A stretch of 64,000 nt of DNA from the NCBI GenBank assembly GCA_951804945.1, contig OX638155.1, positions 27,590,001 to 27,654,000 of the forward strand, given 5' to 3'. Under the pieces are notes generated by a model. That model was not told the origin of the DNA. It saw only the letters and a list, made by a program, of their open reading frames with translations, and made no database searches. Source of the stretch: Podarcis cretensis. Lineage: Eukaryota. Made by a program: the position numbers and the translations under genes. The first letter of the stretch is position 1. Each line of letters opens with the position of its first letter. Positions 61,964-64,000 of the stretch are shown piece after piece.

Positions 61964-64000
61964 ATATTCCTCTAAGTAGACTATGCCACTTTAGACTGCA
62001 GATAGTGTGGTATGAGAAAATGCTATCTTCCATGTACTTGACTGACTGCTGAGGTTTCTTTTTTTTAAAAGAGAGAAAACAGGCACACCACAGGTGATTT
62101 TTCTAGCCACATCCTCTCTTAGGAGAGAGGGCTAGGGGCAGGATATGAGAGCCTGGTGGGCCAGAGGCTCTCCACCCCCGTTTCAAAGAACAAATAAAGC
62201 AAAACCTGCAGGGAACTTTCCCCACTGAGCAGCAGCAAAACACACAACTGCAGCCTGTTGTGCAGTGCATTACATTGCCACATTCTGCTGCAAGTGGGAA
62301 GAGCCTCACGCACAGGGGAGCAAAAAGTAAGGCTCTCATAAACTGAGCTGACTGCTCACGAAAACACGGGCAAACACCTGAATCTGCTTCTCGTCTAATA
62401 TTTGCAGAGCATAATCTTTTGAACATAGCAGTTAAGGCTAGCTGCATGTACATCTGCACTGGCAAGCCTCTAGAGGGCCCAGAAAAAGCGGGGGCATCAC
62501 TACCTGTGCTTGTTAACCATTTTCTTTGTTTATGCTGGGGGGTTTTGTGCAGCTAGCCAAAAGCAGGAATGCTGGATTGCCCAACGTAGGCAAGGGAACA
62601 CTACATTCTCTCCCAAGTGCACTGCCAGAATGGAGAGCCAATAGATCAGATGTTCAGGTAACTGTTGAATTTGTAAGAATAATAAACCAAATAAAACCCA
62701 GCTCAGCTGATCAGCTGTGTATTCAGCCAGGGAAGGGTGTGACCAAATGTAATCATTCTTTTTGCTGACAGCTGTGGAGAGAGGATTTTCATCCAATGTC
62801 AACCCAGCACCTTTTACCATTTACTTTACTACAAAGCTTTCCAATGTAAATGTAGCAGAAAGTGCTCTCAGTTCTCTCAATGGCCCCCCCAATTCAATGG
62901 TCCCCCCAATTCATTTATTCAGCCCCATTCTGTTATTCAGAATGGAGCTTGTAAGTTGTTGTCTTAAGATCTATGCAAGTTGCATATAAACACATTTCCC
63001 CCCAACGGGATGATGACTATGGAAGTGTAGATTCACATGCAATTCTTTTAGTAAATAAAAATGGTGAATAATAGTAACCGAGCAAGATTTGCACAAAAAA
63101 TGGCTTTACACAGTTAACAGAATCAGATGGTAAAAGAGTTTTATACAGATGAACTGTAGAATTAGGAGCTGTAGGTGGTGGATGAATGATACCCAATATC
63201 CAAGCAGGACAGGGTGTGTGGCGGTGGGGGAGAGGGAGAAGAGTCCTCCCTGCAAACCGAAAGCTAGCATGTCATGGAGATGAGTTCAGATCAGCTTTCT
63301 CCATTGTCTGCTAGTTTTTGTCTCCTTGCATACAAACCGTGCCTGCATTTTAAGGTCTTTGGAGGGCACCTTTCCCACAGTTCCAGCAACGTTTGAAGTG
63401 TGACTGGCAGAGTCATTTGGGTGGCTTTGCTCGAGCTCTGGTACTCCCTTCCTAGGAGCCCCTGTTTAGCCCCACTCTCTGATGGTCTTCTGGCAACAGA
63501 TGGACACCTTTTTATTTAGACAATTACATGGAACTGAACTCTTTTTGGTTTTGTTTTTTAACTTGTTTGCCCTATATACTGATTCGGATTTGTGTTGCAT
63601 TCAATGCCGTTAGCTGCCTTGGGCATGGAGACGTGGAAAGGCAGGATATAAATTTAAACAATAAATATACAAGCATAGGGGAGCAGTCAAACAGGCATTT
63701 GCCCATTGCAACCTAAAAGAACACGGTCCAGGAAAAGCTTTTACCACTGGATTCTGATGAGAGTTTAAATCGGCCCTAAGTGGCCTGCTTCCTTTTAAAG
63801 AGAAGAATGATGGATTGCAGTTCCAGTTTCGGCAGGTCTCTTGTCTTTGTGTTCACAGCACTTTACTAATGGGGGGGGGGGAATCCCCGCAGGCCTTTTG
63901 GACCCCAACTCTTGTAGGTGTTGTTGGCAAGGAGAATGGCAAATGCTAATTTCTGGCTCCCTATCAAGAGGATTTTTTTTGTATTTTTACAAGGGTTCCA

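Noticed and set aside
52100-64000. Expected last exon of LYRM4, the next syntenic gene in mammals
   Set aside because: No matching peptide with splice signals found by eye; probably beyond the window.

Overview
Vertebrate genomic DNA, most likely a lacertid-type lizard judging by its Sauria SINEs. It covers the conserved amniote block CDYL - RPP40 - PPP1R3G. The window holds the last four coding exons and 3' UTR of CDYL (+). It also holds the complete 8-exon RPP40 gene (-, 363 aa, RNase P/MRP subunit) with a CpG-island promoter, and the intronless PPP1R3G (+, 345 aa, PP1 glycogen-targeting subunit). Introns and intergenic DNA are rich in squamate TEs: 7 Sauria SINEs, L2 and other LINE fragments, mariner/Tigger-like and hAT MITEs, and a solo LTR. 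There is one 175-N gap. Two structures stand out. (1) A TSD-flanked ~420 bp Penelope-type insertion upstream of RPP40 forms a near-perfect ~185 bp hairpin with a minimal hammerhead ribozyme motif on each strand. (2) A TSD-flanked 2.1 kb L1 derivative in a CDYL intron has both termini intact and one open ORF that fuses ORF1 in-frame to an ORF2-like C-terminal tail. All gene and repeat family names come from recognition, not from database searches.
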